The notes under the pieces were generated by a model. The model did no database searches, was not told where the DNA came from, and saw only the letters and a list, made by a program, of their open reading frames with translations. From assembly GCA_031431155.1 (NCBI GenBank), contig JANPCW010000204.1, positions 2,461 to 66,460 on the forward strand: 64,000 nt of DNA, read 5' to 3'. The stretch's first letter is position 1. Every line of letters starts with the position of its first letter. Position numbers and translations under genes: made by a program. Below, in pieces: positions 16,282 to 28,700 of the stretch. The stretch comes from Janthinobacterium sp. Its GTDB lineage: Bacteria; Pseudomonadota; Gammaproteobacteria; Burkholderiales; Burkholderiaceae_D.

Positions 16282-16560
16282 CTATCGTTGGACAATTCGT
16301 AGAGTCACCGACCGATCTTCCACCCTGGGGGTCGCGCCGGTGGTCGTAATCCGGCACGTTATGGTTTCGTTTGTCCCGGCGGTTCCGCCAGAGACGTAAA
16401 TTGTTGCAGTGTCCGCCGTGTTGGCTACCGCCACCTGGGTCAAGCCTGACGAAAGAACCCACGCCACCGAGGCGATGGAAACCCCAAGCGGGGTCAGCCA
16501 ATCCTGCCAGTCGAAGACATAGTCAAGCGTCGCGTTCGGGTCTTTCTTGAAGGTGGGCAT
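16282..16560 (-). CDS. hypothetical small virion protein
   Basis: Start at MPTFKKDPNATLDYVFDWQDWL. The protein looks like a beta-rich, Ig-like domain. Confidence 0.6.
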   Translation of the reverse strand: MPTFKKDPNATLDYVFDWQDWLTPLGVSIASVAWVLSSGLTQVAVANTADTATIYVSGGTAGTNETITCRITTTGATPRVEDRSVTLRIVQR

Positions 16561-16632
16561 ATTCAGTTCAGGAATGACAATGCCGGGGCATTGTAACTTT
16601 CGGTCCTTATGACCGCAACGCATAATGAGGGC

Positions 16633-16785
16633 ATGGAACTCCTGGCCCTATTGTGGTTGGCCTGTCTCGTCTGGGTGTTTGCCGCTCCCAGTGAGGGGCA
16701 TCGCCAACAGATGCTTCTGGCGTCTTGGGGGGTGTTGCTAATTCCCGTCATATTCGGTCTGCTCAAGCTGCTTTTCGGTCGGTGA
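16633..16785 (+). CDS. candidate 50-aa two-transmembrane peptide, antisense to the late operon
   Basis: Hand translation gives MELLALLWLACLVWVFAAPSEGHRQQMLLASWGVLLIPVIFGLLKLLFGR. It lies in the 200-bp gap after the giant gene and overlaps that gene's last codons. Only a poorly spaced GAGG precedes the ATG. Confidence 0.3.
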   Translation: MELLALLWLACLVWVFAAPSEGHRQQMLLASWGVLLIPVIFGLLKLLFGR

Positions 16786-19700
16786 CGGACCGCACCGCTT
16801 CATTGAATCGCCGCTGCTTGTTGGCGATCTGCTGCTCGATGAGCTTGACCGATTCCTTGCTGGCGTCCTTTGCCATCAGTTCGCGCTTGCGCTTGCGCAG
16901 TTGGCTCACGTCTCGCTCAACGGCATTGGCCATCATCACCAAGCGCGCTTCTGGGTTCTCTGTAAGGTACTCCGCAGTTGGCTCTCCTGCTTTCCTTCTG
17001 CCCTTCAATTCGGCCTCGTGCTCGTTGATGGCTTTCAGGTTGTTGTAGAAGGCGTTGGATTGGGATGATTGCTGCTCGGCGTCGCCGTAGAACCGACCCA
17101 ACAGAGGCACCTTGTACGTCGGCAAGTCTTCTCCGGTAAACGCGCTGGCAACGGTTTGTTCGGCCTTCATGGCTTCTCGTCCAACTCCGCCAGTCAACTG
17201 CCCGATCAGGTAGTCGATCTGGTCGGGCGTGGGGCTGAACAGGCCGGGCTTGTAGTGCGAGCCGCCGCTGATGTAGTTCAGCGCCTGAGAAACCATCTTG
17301 CTCGCACTGCTGGCCGTGTCCTTGGCCCTGGTGAATCCTGGCGTCGGGTTGAGCTTGTTGAAGTCCTCGCGGGCGATGGGCCTCCCAGTCCAGTCCTTGT
17401 TCTCGGACAAAGCCGCCAGCGGGTCGAGCACAGTCGGCGTGACGGTTTGAATCGACAACCCGGCATTGCCCGTGGGATTGAAGGCGTCGGCCACCATGCT
17501 TACCAGTTGGCCGATTCGCTTCGCCGGATTCCTGAACCCCGACAGGGTGAACTCGGCCGCGATCCGCCCGACCCCTGGAATGACATGCAAACCAAGAGGC
17601 ATCGGGACGGTTAGGTATTCCTTTCCGCCGATGGGCAGGATCAGGTTGCGCTCGCGCACAAAGTCAGGGGGTTCTTCGTCATCGAACCCGGCGGCGGCCA
17701 AGGCCAGGGCTTGCATCACGCCAAGCAAGGCCCCTCCAGCGATGATCTTTTTGCCCGCAGGCCCCTTGAGTGTTTTGGCAAGCCTGGCAGTTCCCTGGAC
17801 TGAGGCGTTGAAGAAGGCGTACAGAGCGCCGGCTTGAAGCCCAATCTCGCCCTTGCGATTGAAGTTCACCGTCAGGTTCTTAGCCATCGAGGCGGCACGC
17901 TGCTTGGTCATGCCCTGCTCTTTGCCGACCTTGTACGCCGCAAGTCTGACCGCGTTTTCCATCGCGGCGTTGTAGTCGCTCAACCAGTCGAACACGGCTC
18001 TGCCAAACCGGATGAACTTGCCCTCGCTGGCCTTTTTGAACTCGCGCTGAATCTCCTCGGCGCGCTCCTGACTGGTGCGAAACAAATCCCGAAATCCAGT
18101 CTGCCCGCCCTCGTTCTGAAATTCCTCCCACTCCTGCGCCCACGCCGAGACTGCTGAATTTCCAGCGCGCACGTCTCGCGCGTCAATGTAGATGCCCCGA
18201 AGCGCCGACAGCGTGTAACTCAACACCGCTGCTTGCTTGCCAGCAATCGGCGTGGTTGTCAGGTTCAACATCGCGCCCTGCAAGTCGCGCACCAGATTGA
18301 CAACGCCAAACACCGGGTTGTACTGGGTATTGATCGAGGCAAAGTACCGCGTCGCCTTGGCCGTTGTCCCAAGCACTTCACCCAACTGCGCGCCGTCCAG
18401 ATTCTTCAAGGTGCGGGCCATTCTCAAGGCCCTCGGGTCGCGCTCGTTGAACTCGACGCCACGCTGAACGATTCGCCCAGTGCCGTCAGGCGCCCTGAAC
18501 ATGATGACGTTTTCTTTTCCTTGGTAGGACATATCGAGCACGTCCACTGGGCTGCCGGTTTCCGTGCTGATGGCCGTCGTCACGCCGGGTTTGGCGATCT
18601 TCCAGAAATCCGAGTTCGGGTTCATCTTTGCAAGACCGTAGAGCGCCATGCCCACGCGGTTCTTTTCTCCGCGCACAACGGCCTTTTCCCGCTGTATGGC
18701 GATGTTGGCTAAGATGTTCACCACAGCCCGCTTGGAGCCCTTTCTTCGGCGCGTCTCAGGCCCGCGAATGGAGAAGCCCTGCCCGATGCCGGGGCCGTTC
18801 TCCATGCTCTCACGATGCAGCGGGACGTAGTGCTGGAATGCTTGCTCCATGCCGGCCACGTCATCCCTTGAAGTCAGGCCATAGTCAACCCAGGTCTGAC
18901 GGGTCTTGGCGGTGATGGCATCCACCCGAACAGCCAACGATTCATAGGCGCGCTTCGTGGCCGGGTCCAGGTTGGACAGGTAGTCAGCAGCCTCCTGCGT
19001 CTCCATGCCGGAGCCGTCGGTCACGGTCGGGTCGCGCGTCTCGATGGCGTCATTGGCTTCCTCGGCGTGCCTTGCATGCAGGTAGGCTTCAAAGTCATCC
19101 ATCTTCACGCCGCGCGTCGTCACATCTTCGATCAGTGGCCGGAGTTCCTTGTCGATGAAATCGTGCGTTCCCTTGGCCGCCCTACCGTAGTAAAGCTCCT
19201 CCTGGAGGTACACATCCAAAGCGTCCGCGATGGCCTGCCCCTGCGCAACAACGGCTTCCAAAACGCGCTTGCCGTCGATCATCTTATCCTGTAGGAAATA
19301 GATGAGGTTGTCCAGCTTGGATGGTTCTGGCGCAACCCAGGTGCCGTTTGCGCCGCCTGTCAGGCCAAGCGGCGTCTGACCGGCGGCCGGGGTGTACTGC
19401 CGATTGGTCTGGCCGGCGATCACGGCGCGGCTGTAGCGCACGCCGCTCCGCGCGTTGTCCACGATCCGCTCAAGTCTGTCCAGGCGCGCGCGCTGCATGT
19501 TTTTGCTGAACAGCGGCAGGCCCCACCGGACGTTCTCGCGCATCTTGTCGGTGATGGTGAAGCCGGGCTGCTGTCCTGGCGGCGCAATCCCGAGACGATC
19601 CCCACGGTCACGCGATTCTTTCAGCGCCACCGCTTTATCTGAATGTCCTGCGCCAGACGCCTGCCCGCTTGCGTCCTCAACATACCAAAGCCCATCAGCG

Positions 19701-22700
19701 TGGCGCTCAACACTGAACTGCATGTCTGTGTCTGCAAACGCAACGTCAGCCACCGCCCCACCCCCCAATTTCGCCAGCAGTTTGTTCACCGCTATCGGCA
19801 CAATCTTGTCGTAGAAGTCGAGCATGCCTTCGCCGCCGACTTTGAGGTCGAGGCCAGAATACTCGCCGCCGCCATCAGCAATGATCCGCGCGGCCAAGTC
19901 CTTACCGACCGTAGCCTCAAGCTCTGACTCTTTTACGTCTGTGTCGATGACGGTATCGCCATCCTTCTCTGCAAGGATGGCGTAACTACCTCCTTGTTTG
20001 CGGGCGACGAGCGTGTCAACCTGATTTATCAAAGCAAACATATCCGCAGCCTGATCGCCCGTGATGAACACCACGCCGTCATGGCCCTCTTGTGCTGCTG
20101 CGACCATGATGCGTTTGAGGGCCAGGGTGAGCCACTTGTCGGTGTGGGTGACGAATGGGGCGGCGGGCGGTCGGCGGGCGGTCTTGTTTCCGGCGTCATG
20201 TTCGCGCCGCTCCTTCTGGAGCCAGTCGCCCCGCAGGGCGGTCAATCGTTGCGCCGCCTGCTCCGGGGTCTGGTTGATGCGATCCGTCAACCGAGTGCGC
20301 TTACCATCTTCAAAGGTGGTCTGGAGCATGTCGTCAGGACCAAGTGGTCGCTCTTTCATGTCGGCGCGCATTTCGTTTCGCCCATCAAGCCACTCTTGCC
20401 CAGCAGCGCCTTCTCGCGCCAGCAGTTCGCGCACCGTTAGATTCTCGGCTGTGATTTTTGGCACCTTGCCGGTGAATGGCGTGGCAAACCCGACGGGCTT
20501 GCCGCCCGAGCCTTTCTTTTTGCTTGCCGCTTGCCAGTCGCTCTGCAACTCGATCACGCGCACATAGCTCTTGCCATCGTCCCCGATCACTACATCGCGG
20601 CGGACATGGGCAAGCACGTTGCGCTCGGCCCAGTGGCCGCCTTTGAATTTGTTTTCTGTCGTCGGCGCCGCCAGCGTCATCAATTCTTCTTTGTATTCGA
20701 TGCCGCCTGGGAGCCGCCATTTGGAAAATTTTGTTCTGTCAGGAACCAGGGTCATTGTTTCAACGGGCCGGCCTTCGGCGTCTGTGCTTGTCGTGCGGTT
20801 TTTTTCTCCGCCCTGCTCCAGCGTCACCACCTTAACCTGTACCCCATTGGCGTCCAGGTACTCGGCCACCTGTTCCTTGGTGATCCGGCCTTCCTGGAGC
20901 CCAAGCCATTCCTCGATGCCGCTCCAGGTCACTTCATCCTGCTTGATCTTTCCCTTGTTGATTAGGCTCTTGATCGCGCCCATCCAGCCCATGGCCGGCA
21001 GAGCTTTGGCTTCCAGGGTTGCAATTTCACGGGACAGGGCAGAGAAGAAGGTTGGGGCGCGCGTGCTGGCGCGCACCCTGCTGCCGCCACCTGGGGCCGC
21101 TGGGCCGCCGCCCTCAACGAACGCCCGAGCCGGGAGCAGGTAGTCGCGGATGATTTCAGCGTCACTCAGGCCCATCGACAGGCCTGGGATGTTCTCGCGC
21201 AGCCACGTCCTGATGGCGGCCACGGCGCGGCGCACCCAGCCCAGCGTGGGTTCGTTCTGCGCCATGTAGGCAAGCAATTCCTCGGCGGCCTCGCGCCGGC
21301 CGTCCAGGGTGTCGTAGTCGATCTTCAGGCGCGCAGCAGCAGCCTTGACCTTGGCCCCGTTCATGGCGATCAGTCCGTCCAGCACCGCATTGAGCCCGGC
21401 GCCGAACACGCCGCGCAGGCCGAAGTGCCCGAGGGTTTCGTGCATCACCACACGGCGCACGGCGCGGGCGTCTGGCAACCTGTCGGCAACCAGATAGACC
21501 GTGCCGTTATCGAACAACCCCTCAACCGACCCGCCCGAGTCAGAGGCCATGGCTCCGCCGCGCAAGTTGGCAGGCAACTCGCTTGCGGTGGAAACCACGA
21601 CGATCTTGGGGCCGTTCTTCCACTTGGACTTGATCTGCGCCGCGACCATGGACGCCATGCCGACGTTGGGCGTGTTGGTCCGGCCTGCCTTGCGACTGGC
21701 TGCTGGCGGGTTGGAGCCGTCGTTCCTGGCCGCCGGGCCGTCGTCCTTCTTGTTCGGGTCTTTCAACTCGACCAGCGGCTTTGTCTCGAAAATGCGATCC
21801 AGCACCTTCCAGCCGTCGGGGCCGACGGGGACGAACAGGCGCTCCGCCCATGCGATGCGCTCCTTGATGACGCCGTATGACACCAGTTCGCGCTGCGACG
21901 CCTCGTAGATCGTCCGGCCATTGCCGCCGATTTCGATGCGCAGTTCGTCCGACACCTTGGCGCGCGCCAGCTTCCAGCCGTTCGCCAGTTCGGCAACTTC
22001 GCCACGGAGAATCCGGCGCATCACTTCGGAAGTCTCGATCTTTGGCGCTGAGATATTCAGGCGCTTCTTGATGTCGTCAACGTCCTTCGGGTGGATGATC
22101 TTGCCCAGCAGGCGTCGTCCGTCCACGGTGTTCGTGCGCGCGACTTGAATGGTGCCGTCCGTTTCCAAGCGGTCCCAGATCGGCAGCATCGCGCCCACGA
22201 TCATGTGCAGCTTCTCGGTGAAAGTCGGCGGACGGGCCTGGGTTTCCTTGTCCCAAAGCGCTTCGGCTTCCTCTGGTGTGGCGGCGCGGTACTTGCCGTT
22301 CTTCACCCAGCGCCCACCGGAGATTTCCTCAAATTCCTCGCGCACTTTGATCGTGGTGCCGCCGGTCCCCAGCATGCGATAACGGTCGCTGATGCTGCCG
22401 TTCTTGTTCGTGATGGTGCCGCTCTTGACCTTGGCCCAGATACGACCGCTCTTGACGTTCACCACCCACTCAATGGGGGCGCCCTGCGTCTTTTCGCTCG
22501 GAAGGCTATAGAACCTATTGGGCTGCGTGACTTCCAACTCGACATAGGTGGTTTCGGCGCCGGTCCTTGGGTCGGTGTGGATTACTTCCTCTTGCGTCAC
22601 CTTGGTTTCGATGGCCTTGATGGTCTGCATCCCGGTGTCGAGTTCTCCACGGGAGCGCGCGACCTCCACCTTTTCCTCGATGCGAGACATGAAAGCGGCG

Positions 22701-25700
22701 AACACCAATTCCTGCATTTCCAAGCCCATCGACAGCAGGCGGTTCAAAAATTGCCGCGTCGGCGGGTACTTGGACTCGGCAATGTTTCCGGTGTTCGGAT
22801 CAACAATGTCTTCCAGGCCCATCTGTTCGAGGAAGTCCACAAACGACACCCCAACCACCTGCCCGCGCTTGATGTCGTCCACCAGTTGGCGGGTGGCCTG
22901 GGTCGCGTACTTGGACTCTAGGTTGTCGGACTCGTTGAACAGGCCGCCGCTGGACGTGTCACGTTGGCCCTTGGTCAAGGCTCCAAGTTGATCCAATCGA
23001 CGCGCGATAGCCGAAAGAAACCGCTTGTGGGCGGGTATGTCGGTTGATGCCAGCTTGTAGTGCGGCTCCGATGCTTGGTTGGTCCGGTGCGACCGGCCCA
23101 TACCCTGGACCGCCTTGTTGGCCCTCCATCCAGGCTGGATCAGGTAGTGCTGGCGCTTGCGCTGGTTTTTCTGCGTGCGGTCGGCGTGGAAGGAGTAGCC
23201 CGTCCCGCCGGCATCGGAGTACACGATGATGCGTTTCTTGTCCGCCATGAAGGCTTCCGCGTCGGCCTTGGCAGCAGAGGCGCCGCGCTGCTCAATCTGA
23301 GCCTTGATGTCGCCGTTCTTGTCTGGCTTGCGCACAACGCGCTGCTTGCGGCCGGTAACTTCGGCCGTGATGTCCGGCCCAAAGTGGTTCAAGATGATTT
23401 CAAGCGGGCCGTCAGGAACACGGATTTCGCGCAAGTCTTTAAGCAACTGCTCGCGCATCTTCACGGCTTCCTTGTTCAGCATCGGCGTGCCATCGGCGTT
23501 CATAACCGGCACGGATATTCTGTTGCCTTCTGGGTCCACGTCATCCTCGTACTGAATGACGGGGAAGGCCTTGGCAACCATTTCCAGCAGTTGATCGCGC
23601 GGCGTCAGGTCCAAGTCCTCCAGGTCGTCAGACTCGTCATCCTCTGCGCGCTTCGCAAGCGCCCGCTCCTGCTGGGCTTCGTTGGTGTTGACCAGTTGCA
23701 GAAGCACCGCGTCGCCTGCTTTCAGGTCTTGCTCGACGGCATCAATGATCGTCGGCATCTGCATGCTGGTGATGATCTGGTTGAAGAACCGTTGCTGGGC
23801 TCCCCAGTAGGCCGACTTCATGTTGGCCTTGGCGCGGTTCGGTTTCTTCTCTCCGTTCGGCCCTGCGGCGTCGGTCGTTGACATAGCCTCGTTCATCCGG
23901 CGAAGCGTGAGTTGCCACGCCTCCGCCAGTTTGTTGTAGATGTCACGCTGGAGAGGGGTCAACTTATGCTCAACCTCGGCGCGCGAGTAGGTCACGCCGT
24001 CGAAGGACAGGCTGCGGGCGATGTATGCGCCCATCTGCTTCATGTCGCGGGCAACAAGCTCCATGGTCGCAAGGCCGCCGGCCACCATCTTCTCGACAAA
24101 GCTATGGACGCTTGGGAACGGCGTGCCCATTCCCCACAACCCAAGGCGGGTCGCAAAGGACAGGTTGGACACTTCCGTCGCGCCGGTCGCAGACACATAG
24201 ACCACGCGGGCCTTGGGCAGTTGCTTTTGAAGCTCCACCACCGCCATAGCCTGGGCGGACGGCTGTGAAGCTCCGCGCTCGCCCTTGATGGCGATGGCGT
24301 TGCCGGCGTTGTGCGCTTCATCGAAGGCGATCACGCCATCGAAGTCTTTGCCGAGCCAATTGACAAGCTGGTCAAGCCTGGATTGTCCTTTGGCGACAAC
24401 GCTCATCCCGTGGATGGCGGCGCCTGTCCTCTGCGATTTAGCCGCGCTGCGCAGCGTCGAATAGGTTGTGAAAATGATGCCGTTTTTCGCGTCGATCTTG
24501 CCTTCGGCGCCGGTCTTGTTCTGATTGAAGATGATCGACTCGTCGCCACCGACTCCTTTGAAGTCGCGCTTTGCGTCGTTCATCAGGCCTTGCTTCTCAG
24601 AAACCCAAACGTGCTTCTTGCGGCCTTGGCGCAGGTTGTCCAGGAGGATGCCGCCGATCATTCTCCCTTTGCCGGTGTTGTGAGTGACGATCAGATCGTC
24701 GGTCAGGTACAGGTGCTGGTCATGCGCAACTGAAATGCACTGGCACTCGCGCTCGCCAATGGGCTCGACCGAGCGAAGGATTCGCTGCGGCGAGTATTTT
24801 TCCCAGGATGCGCGCACTCTGGTCGCCTTGCGCCCAAGCGAGAACGGGTTGACGCCGGACGGAAGTTTCACATAGACAACGTGGCAGTCCCTGTGCGTGG
24901 TTTTCTTAATGGAGCGCGTGGCCACGCCGCCCAGTGATCGGCACAGAAACACCACATCGTCGGCGAGTCGCGCAGAAATGGTGTAGTAAATCGCCGAGCC
25001 GTTGTGTTTGGCGGCATGCCCGTCGGTGTCCATCAGACCGCGCAGGATGGCCAGGCGTGTCTCGACTGAGTTGATCTTGTAGTCGTCGGGGATGAACTTA
25101 TCAGCGGCCCCCGCTCCGGCAAGTCCGAGGTTACGCAGGGCAACCAACAGCGGGTTCGATTGTCGGTCCATACCGGACCACTGGCGCCCGCCGGCTTTAA
25201 CGATGTCGTAGTGGTAATCGCGCGAAACAACCTTGCGAGCCATCAGACCGTGCGGCAGAGCAGCCTCCACCATTTCAACCATCTCTGGCTCGGCGCACAC
25301 CAGTTGCGCAGACGACTGCCGCAGGCATCCATCGCCAAGCAACACCCCCAGCAGCCACGGATTGATGCTCACCGGCTTCTTGGGAAATTGCACCGGAGCC
25401 ACCAAAGGAATGGAATGTAATTTACGAACATCGGTCGCCAGCATGTCGGTGGTCCTCAGCTTCGGAGGCCCGTATGTCACGCCCCTTCCTTGCTTCTGGA
25501 AACTGCGCTCCTGGCGCGTTTGCGTCAGCCACAGGTGCTCGCCGCTGGCCTCCGTGCTGGAGCCATCTGAGAACGTCAGCTTGTAAGTTGAAAGGACGCC
25601 CTGCGGGAATACGCCGGTCACTCGCGTTGGCGTTCCATCGACCGCGATTACCTCGTCGCCTTCGACCAAATCCCCCATGGTGCGCCAACCGGTGGGCGTG

Positions 25701-28700
25701 AGCACCTTGGCGGTCAACGGCTGCGGGCCGGTTCCATCGCCGATGAAGAATCCGCGCCGCGCCTCCACCAAATTGGAATCTCGCGGCAGCAGTTGCTCAT
25801 GGGCCTGCCCGGCATAGACCACGGCCTCAATCTGCGCCAGCGACAGCAGGCCGTCGGTGATGGTCTTTTTCGGCAGGTTCGGCGTGTAGGTTGGGGCCGG
25901 CGGCAGCACCGACGCCATGGCGGCGGATTGCACCAACGCGCCAGGATGCGGCTTGGCCCCTTCGACCTGCAAGCGCTGCGGCGTGTAGCCCTCGAAGATC
26001 GAGTCGGTCAGTTCCCCGGCCTGGGTCGTTTCCGATCCGACATTTACGCCGGTTGCGCCCCCGGCGGTATCAGGTCCACTACCAGCGTCAGGATCGCTCT
26101 GCCCGCCTCCTCCAGGCTTTTCGCTGTCTCGATTTCCGCGCTTTCCAGGTTGCGGTAAACGTCCTCCGGGTCGTCCCCCTCCACCTCCGCCACCGCCGCC
26201 TCCACGGCCTCCGCCCACACCGGGTCGGCCGCCAGGTTCTCCAGCGCCCACTCCAGCAGTTGGACCAGTATCAATCGGCCCGGCTGGACCGTCAGGTGTT
26301 GCTGCGTCATCAGGCGCATCACGTTCTGACTCAGCATCGTCGCGTTCAAGCTGGTCACGGTCGTTGGTTGCGCCTTTTGCATTTGGTCGGTCATTGCGGA
26401 CTCCTTCGAGTAGTGCGATCAGTTCTGTGTAGTCAGAAACTCCGGTTGTGATTGGCTTTGCCCCATCTTTCGGAGGGGCCACTTTGTCAATGACGATCAG
26501 GACGTTGTTGAACGTGGTTCCGTACTTGGCATATCCACTCCCGTCCACCGGGATCACCGCCCGAACGTGGTGCTTGGCGGCGATCCTTGCCCACCATTCA
26601 CGGAAGGCTGGCTTGCCCCACTCCATGCCCTCGCCAGAGATTGCGACAAGGCGCCCTCCATCCACCAGACTGCTGAGCCCTTGCTCAATGTGCTTGGCGC
26701 CGATGGCCGAGTTGTTTTTCAGATTGTTGGCGGCGGCCGAGAACGGTGGGTTCATCACCACCACTGTTGGCTGCGCGCTGTCGGGCAGGAAGTTGCTGAT
26801 GTGCTCGGCGTTTTCGTGATAGACCGTGGCGCCTGGGAACAGGTCTTGCAGCACAGCGGCGCGGCGGCTCGACAGTTCGTTCAAGATCAGCTTGGCGCCA
26901 GCGTTCTTGGCGAACACGGTCAGGCCACCAATGCCGGCCGATGGCTCCAGCATCGTGTCTGCGCTGGTGACGTTGGCGGCCCAGTTGGCGATGAACGCAA
27001 ACGGCGGCACCGTGCTGAACTGCTGGAACTTGTCCATTTCCTCCGTGCGCTTGGTCTGCGTCGGCAGCAGGGCGGTGATCTTCTTGAGCGACTCCACGGC
27101 CAGGATTGCGCTGGCTCGGTCGGTGTTCGGGTTGAACGTGATGCCATTGCGCATCAGGTGCAGGTTGACGCCCGCCTCCATGGCGTCGTAGGCGTCCTTC
27201 GGGGTGTACTTGCCCTCGGCCTGGGTGCCGCCGAAAGCCTCGTCCGCCTCCTCGAACAGCGCCCTCCAGTCGAACGCCAGCCCTTTCTCTAGGATGCCCT
27301 GCACGCGCTTGGCAAGCGTCATCGAGGCGCTTGACTTGGCTCCAAGCTGCGCCGTCAGGCCCTCGTCCTTTGCAAAGCGGATGGCGTATTCCTTGATGCC
27401 ATCACCGAACTGCTCGATCAGGAACTTGAACAACTCCTTGAGAGTCTTCCCGGCATCCTGGAACGCCTTGAGCGCTGCGGAAAAGTGGGGCTTGGCCTCT
27501 TTGTAGGCGTCCTCGTCAAAGCCGCCCGGAAACGAGTTCAACCGCCCCGGCTTGCTGCCGAACAGTTTGGCAAGCCCGGTGAGCGCTTCATTGATGCCGG
27601 TCACGCCAAGCTGCGCCGCCTGACCAATCAGGTTAGCAGCCGTCGGGTTCTCGCGCGCCAGCTTCTCAGGCGTCCACGCTCCCGAGTCGGCTTTGGGTGC
27701 TGGCTCCGGTGGTGCATCCGGGGTTTCCTGCTCCGATTCCGAAAGTTCGGCCGCCGCTTCGTCAAACAGGTTTTCCAGGTCGGTGTCGGTCAGGTCGCCG
27801 GATGGCTCTGCCGGCGCGTCCACTATCGGCGGCGCAAGTTCGGCCTCTTTTTCTTCCGCAAGGCGGTCCAGTTCCTCCTGCTCGGCCCTGGTCTTGGCTT
27901 CGGCTTCTTGGGCGCGTCGCGCAATTTCCTCTTGATAGAAAACTCGCATGTTCTCCGGGTCGGACAGGTCTTTCATGCGACGCTGGCCGTCCTGGATTTC
28001 TTCGGGAAGGTTCTTCTCGAAAGCCTCTCTGCTGACGGTCGGCTTCCCGTCCTTCCATGTGATGGACTTGAACAGAGTGGCGTACAGCTTGTTGAACAGC
28101 GCGCGCTCAGTGCCGGTGGGGTACGGGGTGCCTCGGAAGCCCTTGGCCTTTGTCACGTTGCCTTCGCCCACCCAGGCCGCGTTGACAAGGTAGTCGCTCC
28201 TGAATCCCAGCGTGTCGGCCACCCACGCCTCGCCCGCCCTGGCGAACAACTCCTTGTCGTTGCCCCAGTATTTCTTGCCCAGAATGTCGGCATTTTGTTT
28301 ATAGGCCGTGGATTTGTCGGAGAACCCGCGCGTCATGGCGTAGGTGGCATGATTCACCTTGTCTTTCCTGTCGCCCAGGTGCGTCCAATAGGTTCCACCG
28401 AACAGGAAATCCATGGCGCGCTTTTCTACGGCATCGACCGTGGGCGCCTGTTGTTTCAGGTAGCGCAGGAACATGCCGCGAACGGTGGCCCAGTCGCCCC
28501 CCATCATGTCGTCTATGGCGTGGTGCCACTCATGCGCCAGCGTGCCGTCGCCCTTGGTGTTGGTGACGTTGATGGCCTTCACCGGGCCGTTGGGGCTTGG
28601 GTGGGCTGGGTGGAATGTCGCCGCAAACTTGCCGCGCCCCAGGGCGCCAATAAGGAAGTGCATCTTCCCGCCAAAGCCAATCCCACTCAACGATGCTCCG

